Assembly (NCBI GenBank): GCA_963767005.1
Contig: CAVYCN010000002.1
Coordinates: 512,001-576,000, forward strand
DNA: 64,000 nucleotides
Reading direction: 5' to 3'
From: an uncultured Actinomycetes bacterium
GTDB taxonomy: Bacteria; Actinomycetota; Thermoleophilia; UBA2241
The notes under the pieces were generated by a model. It saw only the letters and a list, made by a program, of their open reading frames with translations, did no database searches and was not told the DNA's origin. Within the stretch, counting starts at the first letter, position 1. Every line of letters begins with the position of its first letter. A program made the position numbers and the translations under genes. This document shows positions 1-7,683 of this stretch, piece by piece.

Positions 1-506
1 CGCTTGATCTCGCCGATGATGTTCGGCGTGGCGTACGTCGTGAGCTCGACGCCGCGGGTGAGGTCGAACCGGTCGATCGCCTTGATCAGGCCGATCGAGC
101 CGACCTGCACGAGGTCGTCGAAATGCTCGCCCCGCGACGAGTACCGCCGCGCCAGCGAGCGCACGAGCGGCAGATACATGGTGATGAGCTGGTCGCGGGC
201 GCGGCGGTCGCCGTGCAGGTGATACCGGCGCAGCAGGAACTGGTCGAGCTTCTCGGACTCGTCGCGACCGCGCGAGGTGCGCGGCACGACGCGCGCGATC
301 GCGTCGTCGCCCTCGACTTCGTCTTCGTCGACCTCGGCCTCGTCGTCGTCGTGCTCGTCGCGCTCCTCGTCGTCGGGCTCGTCGGCCTCGTCGTATGGCT
401 CGAGCGCCTCGTCGTAGGCGTCGTCGGATGCGCGCGGACGCGGGTTCTCGTCGTCGTCGGGCGCGAACGACCCGTCGAGGGGGTCTATCGGGTGAGCGTC
501 TCCCAC
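1..506 (-). CDS. SigB/SigF-family alternative RNA polymerase sigma factor (5' part; runs off the window start)
   Basis: Manual translation from GTG 506 (SD GAGGAG at 511-516): acidic N-terminus, then [20 protein letters not shown]...[40 protein letters not shown] (regions 2.1-2.4 of the SigB/F/G group). Missing from the ORF track because it has no stop in the window. Confidence 0.92.
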   Translation of the reverse strand, partial: [168 protein letters not shown]

Positions 507-514
507 GGGACTCC

Positions 515-907
515 TCAGGCCGCGCCGCGCCGCTTGGCAAACACGACGCAGTAGCAGTCGTCGGGGACCGCGCAGACCTCGACGGACCCGACTACGCCGT
601 GCATCAGGGTCTTGAGGTCGAGCCCGACGTCGCCCACCCCGCCGGCGAGGCGGGCGCGCAGCCCATCGGAACGGAACGGCCCGGCGCTGACCGCCAGCCC
701 GTCGTCGCCGACCTCGACGATGAGCTCGTGACGGGGCTCCTCACCGGAGCTCGCCGCGGCCCTGAGCAGCTCCTCGACCGCCACGTACAGGTCGTCGATC
801 TCGTCGAGCGACAGGTCGACGCGCGCCGCGACGCCGCCGAGCACCATACGTACGACGGAGAACGCGGCCGGTGTGGCCGTCACCTGAAGACGGATGACGT
901 CTCGCAC
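515..907 (-). CDS. RsbW-like anti-sigma factor (HATPase-like fold, degenerate)
   Basis: VVRMVLGGVAARVDLSLDEIDDLYVAVEE is typical of RsbW/UsfX N-termini; directly upstream of the sigma gene. GTG 907 preferred to the ORF-track start 925. Confidence 0.75.
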   Translation of the reverse strand: MRDVIRLQVTATPAAFSVVRMVLGGVAARVDLSLDEIDDLYVAVEELLRAAASSGEEPRHELIVEVGDDGLAVSAGPFRSDGLRARLAGGVGDVGLDLKTLMHGVVGSVEVCAVPDDCYCVVFAKRRGAA

Positions 908-921
908 GGTGCCTTCGCCTT

Positions 922-1191
922 TCAACTCGCCGTACCTGCCTCGTGCGGCGCGGCCGCGCCCAGGGAACGATCGACCTGCAGACCGCGATCGCGCGCCGCC
1001 TGGAGACCGTCGCCCAGAGCGAGCTGCGCCCGGCGACGCACCTCGCCGAACCCGTGGCGCGCCTCGGACGGCAGCTGGCGCAGGACCTCGAGGTAGCTCT
1101 GGCCGGATTGCTCCTTGCGATCACGCACGTAGTACGCAAGCCCGGCGCCGGCCAGCGCCGTGCCGAAAAGGAGAGTCCCCCAGAGCCTCAC
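922..1191 (-). CDS. YtxH-like small membrane-anchored protein
   Basis: 89 aa with N-terminal hydrophobic LLFGTALAGAGLAYY followed by helical charged region; overlaps the stop of the DUF948 gene, like ytxG-ytxH. Confidence 0.6.
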   Translation of the reverse strand: MRLWGTLLFGTALAGAGLAYYVRDRKEQSGQSYLEVLRQLPSEARHGFGEVRRRAQLALGDGLQAARDRGLQVDRSLGAAAPHEAGTAS

Positions 1192-1832
1192 CCGCCGCTC
1201 ACCTCACTCGTCTCGTCGGTCGCCGTACCGCTCGGCGCACCCTCGGCAGATGCACCCGGCTCCGCGGCGGCCGTGCCCTGCGTGGGCCGACCGGTCGTTT
1301 CGTCACCCGACATACCCGCGGCGGCCGTCGCCGAAGCCCCGGCCGTCGGCTCGCTCCAGCCGGTGAAGGGCTGGCTCGCGGCCGACGCCGCCGCGCCGGC
1401 AGCGCCGCCGCCAGCATCGCCGCCGGCCGACTCTTCCGGCTCGGCGCCCCGATTGAAGAAGCTCGAGACGGCCTGCGAGACTCCGGCGCCGAACGCGGCG
1501 GCCTTGCGGGCCGGTACGCTGATCGCCGACTCGACCGCGCGCGTCGTCTGATCGACCTTCTCGGTGACATCGACCACGCTCGACATGACCACGTCGACCT
1601 TGTCGAGCTCGGCGTTGACCCCGTCGAGCGTCTCGGTGGCCTGCTTGAGCAGCGGCACCACCTCGCCGTCGACGTCGCCCAGCAGCTTGTCGGCCGACTT
1701 CAGCGCGCCGCCGAGCCGCACCAGAGCGTAGATCAGGCCGATACCGACGACGACCAGGAAGAACGCGGCGGCGTACCGCAGGGCCATCGAGGGGGCGCTC
1801 GCGGCCACGGTCAGCAGCAGTGGGTCAGTCAT
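1188..1832 (-). CDS. DUF948 (YtxG/YoxC-like) membrane protein with Ala/Gly/Thr-rich tail
   Basis: One TM segment, then coiled-coil VVPLLKQATETLDGVNAELDKVD; ATG 1832 with SD GGAGG at 1841-1845. Confidence 0.75.
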   Translation of the reverse strand: MTDPLLLTVAASAPSMALRYAAAFFLVVVGIGLIYALVRLGGALKSADKLLGDVDGEVVPLLKQATETLDGVNAELDKVDVVMSSVVDVTEKVDQTTRAVESAISVPARKAAAFGAGVSQAVSSFFNRGAEPEESAGGDAGGGAAGAAASAASQPFTGWSEPTAGASATAAAGMSGDETTGRPTQGTAAAEPGASAEGAPSGTATDETSEVSGG

Positions 1833-2947
1833 CGATGTCGCCTCCATCGCCGCGCGTGCCGGCCTCGGGTTTGCGCGCACACCCTATCACACCGTCACAG
1901 GCCTCGGCGGCGCCCGCGACGACGCCCCCGCCGACCACGACGTCGTCGCGGTAGAACACGGCCGACTGGCCAGGGGCGACACCGCGGAACGGCTCCCGCA
2001 GCTCGACCAGGGCCCGCCGCCCGGGCCGCCGCAGCACGCGCGCGACCCCCACCGCCGCCGACCTGTACCGCAGCTGCACAGAGAGGTCGCAACCGTCGCC
2101 CAGCCCGCGGTCGACGACGTCGCGCAGGGCGACCGCGCGAAGCGGCGAGGGCGTCGGCCGGGCCGACGACCACACGGTCACGCGCGACGTCGATCGCGAG
2201 CACGTACTGGGGGGCCGCGGCGCTCAGGCCGAGGCCGCGGCGCTGGCCCACGGTGAAGCGCCAGCAGCCGTCATGCCGGCCGAGCACGCGGCCGGCACGA
2301 TCGACGATCTCGCCGCTCCCCGGCGGCGCGCCGCGCGCCGCCAGGAACTCGCGATGGTCGCCCGGGGCGAAGCACACCTCCTGACTCTCGGCCTCGTCGG
2401 CGACCGCCAACGCGGCGCGCCGGGCCCGCTCGCGCACCGCCGTCTTGGTCAGCTCGCCCAGAGGCAGCACGAGCCGCGCGAGCGTCGCTTCGGGCACCCG
2501 CCAGAGCATGTACGACTGGTCCTTCGCGCGGTCGCGCCCGCGCGCCACGTAGGGGCGCCCGTCGAGCCACACCACGCGGGCGTAGTGACCCGTCGCCACC
2601 CAGGCGGCGCCGAAGCGGTCGGCGAGCGCGACGAGCCGGGCGAAGCGGCCCGGGTTACAGTCGACGCAGGGGTTCGGGGTCTCGCCGGCGAGGTAGCCGG
2701 CCACGAACGGGTCGACGACCTCGGCGGCGAAGCGGGGCTCGTCGTTCACGCTGAAGTGGGGCGCTCCGATGGCGTGCGCGCTCTCCCGCGCGCGCAGTAA
2801 GGCGGCCGGTGAGCAGCAGCTGCGTTCGTCGTCGCCGGGCCAGAGCCTCACGGTCGCGGCGCGCACCTCGTACCCGCCCTCGCGCAGCACGAGGGCGGCC
2901 ACGGCGCTGTCGACGCCGCCGCTCAGGCCTACGACGACGCTTTTTTT
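1825..2947 (-). CDS. mnmA: tRNA 2-thiouridine(34) synthase MnmA; no in-frame start codon, plus an internal frameshift near 2135-2142
   Basis: VVVGLSGGVDSAVAA PP-loop, SCCS, TPNPCVDCN, ATGHYA, KDQSYML, ESQEVCF, TVGQRRGLG. The C-terminal VQLRYRS...VAPGQSAVFY lies in a second frame (ORF 1825..2181). Confidence 0.93.
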
Positions 2948-3342
2948 CCGAGCACCTTCGCGACGTCGTCGGCCCTGCCCGCCTTGGTCAGGTAGTCCTC
3001 GATCGCGAGGTGCAGCGCGTCGGCCGCCAGGTTCGAGCAGTGCATCTTCTGGGCCGGGAGGCCGCCCAGCGCCTCGGCGACGGCGCGGTTCGAGATCTCG
3101 GCCGCCTCGTCGAGCGTCTTGCCCATGACCATCTCGGTCACCATGCTCGAGGTGGCGACCGCCGCCCCGCAGCCGAAGGTCTTGAACTTGACGTCGGTGA
3201 TGCGATCGTCCTCGACCTTGATCGTCATGCGCATGACGTCGCCGCAGACGGGGTTGCCGATCTGGCCGGCGCCGTCGGCGTCGTCGACCTCCCCGACGTT
3301 GCGGGGGTTGGCGAAGTGGTCCATCACGAGATCGGTGTACAT
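2929..3342 (-). CDS. iscU: Fe-S cluster scaffold IscU/NifU-N
   Basis: DHFANPRNVG, GNPVCGD, FKTFGCGAA, KMHCSNL: all three ligand Cys present. Confidence 0.95.
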   Translation of the reverse strand: MYTDLVMDHFANPRNVGEVDDADGAGQIGNPVCGDVMRMTIKVEDDRITDVKFKTFGCGAAVATSSMVTEMVMGKTLDEAAEISNRAVAEALGGLPAQKMHCSNLAADALHLAIEDYLTKAGRADDVAKVLGKKASS

Positions 3343-3346
3343 GCGG

Positions 3347-4504
3347 TTACCTCTTGACGTAGAGCGGGCTCATGTCGCGCAGGCGCGCGACGATGGACGG
3401 AAAGACCTTCAGGAACTCGTCGACATCGGCGTCTGTGTTCTCGCGGCCGAGCGTGAGCCGCACGCTGCCGTGGGCCTCCTCGGCGCGGTAGCCCATGGCC
3501 AGGATGACGTGCGACGGCTCGAGCGAGCCCGAGGCGCAGGCCGAGCCGCTCGACACGGCAAAGCCCTTGCCGTCGAGCTGCAGGACCATCGACTCGCCCT
3601 CGATGTAGGCCACCGAGACGCAGACGTTGCCGGGCAGGCGCTCGGTCGGGTGGCCCAGGTTGATCGTGTCGTCGATAGCCTGGACGATGCCCTCGGAGAG
3701 GCGGTCGCGCAGCGCCGCGAGGCGTGCCGCCTGCGTGGGCAGCTCGGCGACGGCGAGCTCGAGGGCCATGCCGAGCCCGACGATCGCCGGCACGTTCTCG
3801 GTGCCCGAACGCAGCCGGCGCTCGTGGCCGCCGCCGTGCAGGATGGGGCCGATGCGGGTGCCGCGCCTGATGTAGAGGGCGCCGATACCCTTGGGGCCGT
3901 AGAGCTTGTGGCCCGACAGCGAGAGCAGGTCGACGCCGAGCGCGCCGACGTCGATCGGCAGGGCGCCGACCGCCTGCACCGCGTCGGTGTGGAAGGCGGC
4001 GCCGTGCTCGTGGGCGATACGGGCGAGCTCGGCCACCGGCTGCAGCGTGCCGACCACGTTGTTGGCGAACATGATCGAGGCCAGGCGCGTGTCGGCGCGG
4101 AAGGCCGCGGCGTAGGCGTCGACGTCGACGACGCCGTCGCGGTCGACGGCGGCGAAGGTGCAGTCCCAGCCCTGGCGCATGAGGGCGCGGGCCGTCTCCA
4201 TGACCGCCGGATGCTCGACCGCGCTCACGACGAGGTGACCGGGCTCGAAGCGCTGCAGATAGCCGGTGAGGGCGAGGTTGTCGGCCTCGGTGCCGCCGCT
4301 CGTGAAGACGATCTCCTTGTCGGCCGCCCCCAGCGCCACCGCCACCTGGGCCCGCCCGCGCTCGACCGCGGCGCGCGCCTCGCGGCCCGGTGCGTGGATC
4401 TCGGACGCGTTGCCGTAGCGCTCCACGAAGTAAGGCTCCATCGCCGCGAACACGCGCGGGTCGACCGCGGTCGTCGCCGCATGATCGAAGTACACGTAGC
4501 TCAT
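3347..4504 (-). CDS. iscS: Cysteine desulfurase IscS/NifS
   Basis: YFDHAATT, FTSGGTEADN, HTDAVQ, SGHKLYGPKG (PLP Lys), SSGSACAS (catalytic Cys); ATG 4504 overlaps the Rrf2 stop. Confidence 0.96.
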   Translation of the reverse strand: MSYVYFDHAATTAVDPRVFAAMEPYFVERYGNASEIHAPGREARAAVERGRAQVAVALGAADKEIVFTSGGTEADNLALTGYLQRFEPGHLVVSAVEHPAVMETARALMRQGWDCTFAAVDRDGVVDVDAYAAAFRADTRLASIMFANNVVGTLQPVAELARIAHEHGAAFHTDAVQAVGALPIDVGALGVDLLSLSGHKLYGPKGIGALYIRRGTRIGPILHGGGHERRLRSGTENVPAIVGLGMALELAVAELPTQAARLAALRDRLSEGIVQAIDDTINLGHPTERLPGNVCVSVAYIEGESMVLQLDGKGFAVSSGSACASGSLEPSHVILAMGYRAEEAHGSVRLTLGRENTDADVDEFLKVFPSIVARLRDMSPLYVKR

Positions 4505-4914
4505 GTCGTGATCGCCTCCACCGAGAGTTCGTCGAGACTGATGTCGCCGAGCGCCCTGCTGATGGCGTCGTCGAGCCGGCGCCACACGCGTTGCGACGCG
4601 CAACTGCCGGCGCGGGCGCAGCCGCCCTCGTCGGGCAGGCAGCCGACCAGCGACAGCGGGCCTTCGATGGCCGTGACGATGTCGGCGACCGAGATGGCCC
4701 CGGCCGGACGCGAGAGGCGGTAGCCGCCGCTCGCGCCGCGCGTGCTGGCGACGAGCCCGCCGTCACGCAGGCGGGCGAGGATCCGTTCGAGGAAGGCGGT
4801 CGGCATGTCTTCGCCGTGGGCGATCTCGGTGAGCGGCACGGGCTCTTCGCGCGCCGCGCGCGCCAGGTAGATCATGGCGCGCAGGCCGTACTCGCAGCGG
4901 GACGAGATGCGCAC
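4501..4914 (-). CDS. Rrf2-family regulator, IscR-like (3 Cys)
   Basis: EYGLRAM, FLERIL, STRGASGGY wHTH; CLPDEGGCARAGSC cluster-ligand pattern; heads the isc operon. Confidence 0.92.
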   Translation of the reverse strand: MRISSRCEYGLRAMIYLARAAREEPVPLTEIAHGEDMPTAFLERILARLRDGGLVASTRGASGGYRLSRPAGAISVADIVTAIEGPLSLVGCLPDEGGCARAGSCASQRVWRRLDDAISRALGDISLDELSVEAITT

Positions 4915-4941
4915 GTGAGATGGCCTCCATGGCTCGCGGCC

Positions 4942-4994
4942 AATACCGACAGAAAAGGTCGGGATTATCGTACCACGCCGGCCGCGCTCGTCAA
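4942..4994 (-). promoter_or_regulatory. sigma70 promoter plus IscR type-1-like operator for the rrf2-iscSU-mnmA operon
   Basis: TTGACG (4994-4989) and TGG-TACGAT (4972-4967); 25-bp inverted repeat AATACCGAC-N7-GTCGGGATT (4942-4966) over the predicted start site. Confidence 0.75.
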
Positions 4995-5070
4995 ACGATG
5001 CTTGGGGTGCCGATGCGGCGACGCCGCCCGGAAGGGCGGCGTCGCGCTGGTGACCGGGTGTCGGCGGGCG

Positions 5071-5610
5071 CTACTGGGCGAGCGCGTTCGCGACGACCTG
5101 GGACATGACCTTCTCGCTGATCCAGCCGGTGTACTCCTGGTACACGCTGCCGTTCGGCGAGATCACGACGAACGCCGGTGGCTGGGTGATCTTGAGCTGG
5201 GCGAGCACGTCGCCGAGCTCGGAGGCCTTGTGCGCCTCGAACGCGAAGAACGAGCCCTGCGCGGCGTACTTGGCCTTGACGTCGTTGAACTGGGTCAGCA
5301 TCTGCTGGTCGACCGTGCCGCCCGCGAGGTACACGAGCAGGATGACCCCGCGCTTCTCGGCGAGCGGGTTCTTGATGAACGACGGGATGTTGTTGCTCTG
5401 GCTCGAGATGGAGAGGGTCGGGTAGCCGGTGATGCCGTAGCTGCCGGCCGTGTTGTAGTTGCCCGACACCACCGTGCCGGTCGTTGTGGCCGCGGGAGCA
5501 TTCGTGGCGAGGACGATGCCGCCTGTGAGGAGGGCCATGATGCCCACACCCATGACGACGATCAGGCCCGCCTTGATAAGGAAGGACCGGTACGAGGGCT
5601 GGCCAATCAT
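5071..5610 (-). CDS. Membrane-anchored protein with probable Cys-less thioredoxin-like domain
   Basis: N-terminal TM helix; C-terminal LKITQPPAFVVISPNGSVYQEYTGWIS resembles the Trx cis-Pro/beta3-beta4 region; no Cys; SD GGAGG before ATG 5610. Confidence 0.6.
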   Translation of the reverse strand: MIGQPSYRSFLIKAGLIVVMGVGIMALLTGGIVLATNAPAATTTGTVVSGNYNTAGSYGITGYPTLSISSQSNNIPSFIKNPLAEKRGVILLVYLAGGTVDQQMLTQFNDVKAKYAAQGSFFAFEAHKASELGDVLAQLKITQPPAFVVISPNGSVYQEYTGWISEKVMSQVVANALAQ

Positions 5611-5629
5611 CTGCGCCTCCAAGGAAAAG

Positions 5630-5774
5630 GCTCCACCTTGCCGTGTTCGCTTTCTTATTGAACCTGCAAGTGCAGGTGGGTGCCCTCCCGGCGGTCCACG
5701 GACCGGCCGGAGCCGGGCTCCCGGCGCGTGAGTGTTGGCTCAATAACGCCGCGAATCACGCACAAGGTCGAGCG
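5630..5774 (-). ncRNA. ssrS: 6S RNA (SsrS), Firmicutes-type, compact (~145 nt)
   Basis: Rod structure: GCUC/GAGC, ACCUUG/CAAGGU, UUCGC/GCGAA, UUAUUGAGCC/GGUUCAAUAA, GGGAGCCC/GGGCACCC. Hallmark GGCACCCACCUGC..GCAGGUUCAA..CACGGC; extended -10 TGC-TATCAT at 5789-5781; located downstream of aspS as in Firmicutes. Confidence 0.88.
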
Positions 5775-5919
5775 GTCGGCATGATAGCACGACGAGCGCT
5801 CATCCTGTGAACTTAAGTCGGCAGCACGGCGAAATGCTTGAGCGCTTGAGCCTGACCGACGCCGCCCCACGCCGTGGTCGAGCCGGCCTCGAGCGGCGGC
5901 GACGCCGTCGCTCGACGGT

Positions 5920-7683
5920 CTACGACAGGCGCAGGTGCAGGTCGCGCAACTGGCCGGGGTCGACCGCCGCGGGCGCGCCGGTCATGGGGTCGGAGCCCGA
6001 CGCCGTCTTGGGGAAGGCGATCACGTCGCGGATCGAGCTCTCGCCGGCGAGCAGCATGACGATGCGGTCGAAGCCCAGGCCGATGCCGCCGTGCGGCGGC
6101 GCGCCGTACTGGAGCGCCTCGAGGAACCAGCCGAACGCCGCCTCGATGCGCTCGTCGTCCATGCCGAGCGCGTGCAGGACCGCGCGCTGCACGGCGGCGT
6201 CGTGGTTGCGCAGACAGCCGGAGCCCAGCTCGACGCCGTTCAGGACGAGGTCGTACTGCTCGCCGCGCAGCGACAGCGGGTCGCTCTCGAGCAGCGGGAG
6301 CTGCTCGGCCGTGACGAGGCTGAAGGGGTTATGGCCGTAGGTCAGCCGGCCGCTGTCGGCGTCGATCTCGAAGAGCGGGAAGCCGACGACCCACACGAAC
6401 GCGTGGCGCCGCGACGGGGCGATAGCGAGCCGCTCGATGAGCGCGAGGCGCAGCGCACCGAGCACGGCGGCCGCGACCGACGCAACGTCGGCGGCGAAGA
6501 CCACGAGGTCGCCGGGCCGTGCCCGGGTGCGCTCGACCAGGGCGCGCTGCTCGGCTTCGGCCAGGAACTTGACGATGGGACCGCGCAGGCCGCCGTCGGC
6601 CGCGACCGTGACGTACGCCATGCCGCCGGCGCCGTGCGCCCGGGCGACGTCGGTCAGCGCGTCGAGCTGAGCGCGCGACAGGCCGGCGCCGCCTTCGGCC
6701 CTGAGGGCGCGCACGACGCCGCCGCGCTCGAGCGCGTCGCGGAACACCCGGAAGCCACTGTCGGCGAATGCCGCCGAGAGCTCGACGATCTCGAGGTCGT
6801 AGCGCAGGTCGGGCTTGTCGGAGCCGTAGCGCAGCATCGCCTCGTCGTAGGTCAGCAGCGGCAAGGGCAGCTCGAGCGGCCCCCGCCCCACGCTCTCGAC
6901 GATCGCCGCCATGAGGCCCTCGAGCAGCGCCAGGATCTCGGGCACGGTCATGAACGACATCTCGACGTCGATCTGAGTGTGCTCGGGCTGACGGTCGGCG
7001 CGCAGGTCTTCGTCGCGGAAGCAGCGGGCGAGCTGGTAGTAGCGGTCGACGCCGGCCACCATGAGGATCTGCTTGAACATCTGGGGCGACTGCGGCAGCG
7101 CGTAGAAGCTGTGCGCCTGCAGGCGCGACGGCACCAGGAAGTCGCGCGCTCCTTCGGGCGACGAGCGCGTCAGCAGCGGCGTCTCGATCTCGAGGAAGCG
7201 GCGTTCGTTCAGATACTCACGCGCCGCCCGTGCGGCGCGGTGGCGCAGCTCGAGCCGGGCGAGCATCGCTGGACGGCGCACGTCGAGGTAGCGGTACTTG
7301 AGGCGCAGGATCTCGTCGACGTCGTGGCCCTCGCCGGACTCGACCTCGAACGGCGGCGTGCGCGCGCTCGACAGCACCTCGGCATCGGCGACCCGGACCT
7401 CGACCTCGCCGGTGGGCAGCGCCGGGTTGACCGTGGCGGCCGCGCGCGCCACCACCGCGCCCTGCACGCGCACCACATATTCGGGGCGCAGCCCTTCGGC
7501 GAGGTGATGCGCCGCCGGCGCCGTACCCGGGTCGAACACGAGCTGCACGAGGCCGGAGCGGTCGCGCAGGTCGACGAAGATGAGGTTGCCGTGATCGCGC
7601 CGGCGCGCCACCCAGCCGGCCAGCAGGACCTCGCGGCCGACGTCGGTCGCGCGCAGCGTGCCGGGCAGGGTGTCGCGGATCAC
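5920..7683 (-). CDS. aspS: Aspartate-tRNA ligase (probably non-discriminating)
   Basis: [64 protein letters not shown]; true start GTG 7683 overlaps the hisS stop. Confidence 0.97.
   Translation of the reverse strand: MIRDTLPGTLRATDVGREVLLAGWVARRRDHGNLIFVDLRDRSGLVQLVFDPGTAPAAHHLAEGLRPEYVVRVQGAVVARAAATVNPALPTGEVEVRVADAEVLSSARTPPFEVESGEGHDVDEILRLKYRYLDVRRPAMLARLELRHRAARAAREYLNERRFLEIETPLLTRSSPEGARDFLVPSRLQAHSFYALPQSPQMFKQILMVAGVDRYYQLARCFRDEDLRADRQPEHTQIDVEMSFMTVPEILALLEGLMAAIVESVGRGPLELPLPLLTYDEAMLRYGSDKPDLRYDLEIVELSAAFADSGFRVFRDALERGGVVRALRAEGGAGLSRAQLDALTDVARAHGAGGMAYVTVAADGGLRGPIVKFLAEAEQRALVERTRARPGDLVVFAADVASVAAAVLGALRLALIERLAIAPSRRHAFVWVVGFPLFEIDADSGRLTYGHNPFSLVTAEQLPLLESDPLSLRGEQYDLVLNGVELGSGCLRNHDAAVQRAVLHALGMDDERIEAAFGWFLEALQYGAPPHGGIGLGFDRIVMLLAGESSIRDVIAFPKTASGSDPMTGAPAAVDPGQLRDLHLRLS

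Noticed and set aside
1850-1910. SigB-type promoter upstream of the DUF948 gene
   Set aside because: GGGTGT is present but there is no GTTT-like -35 at suitable spacing.
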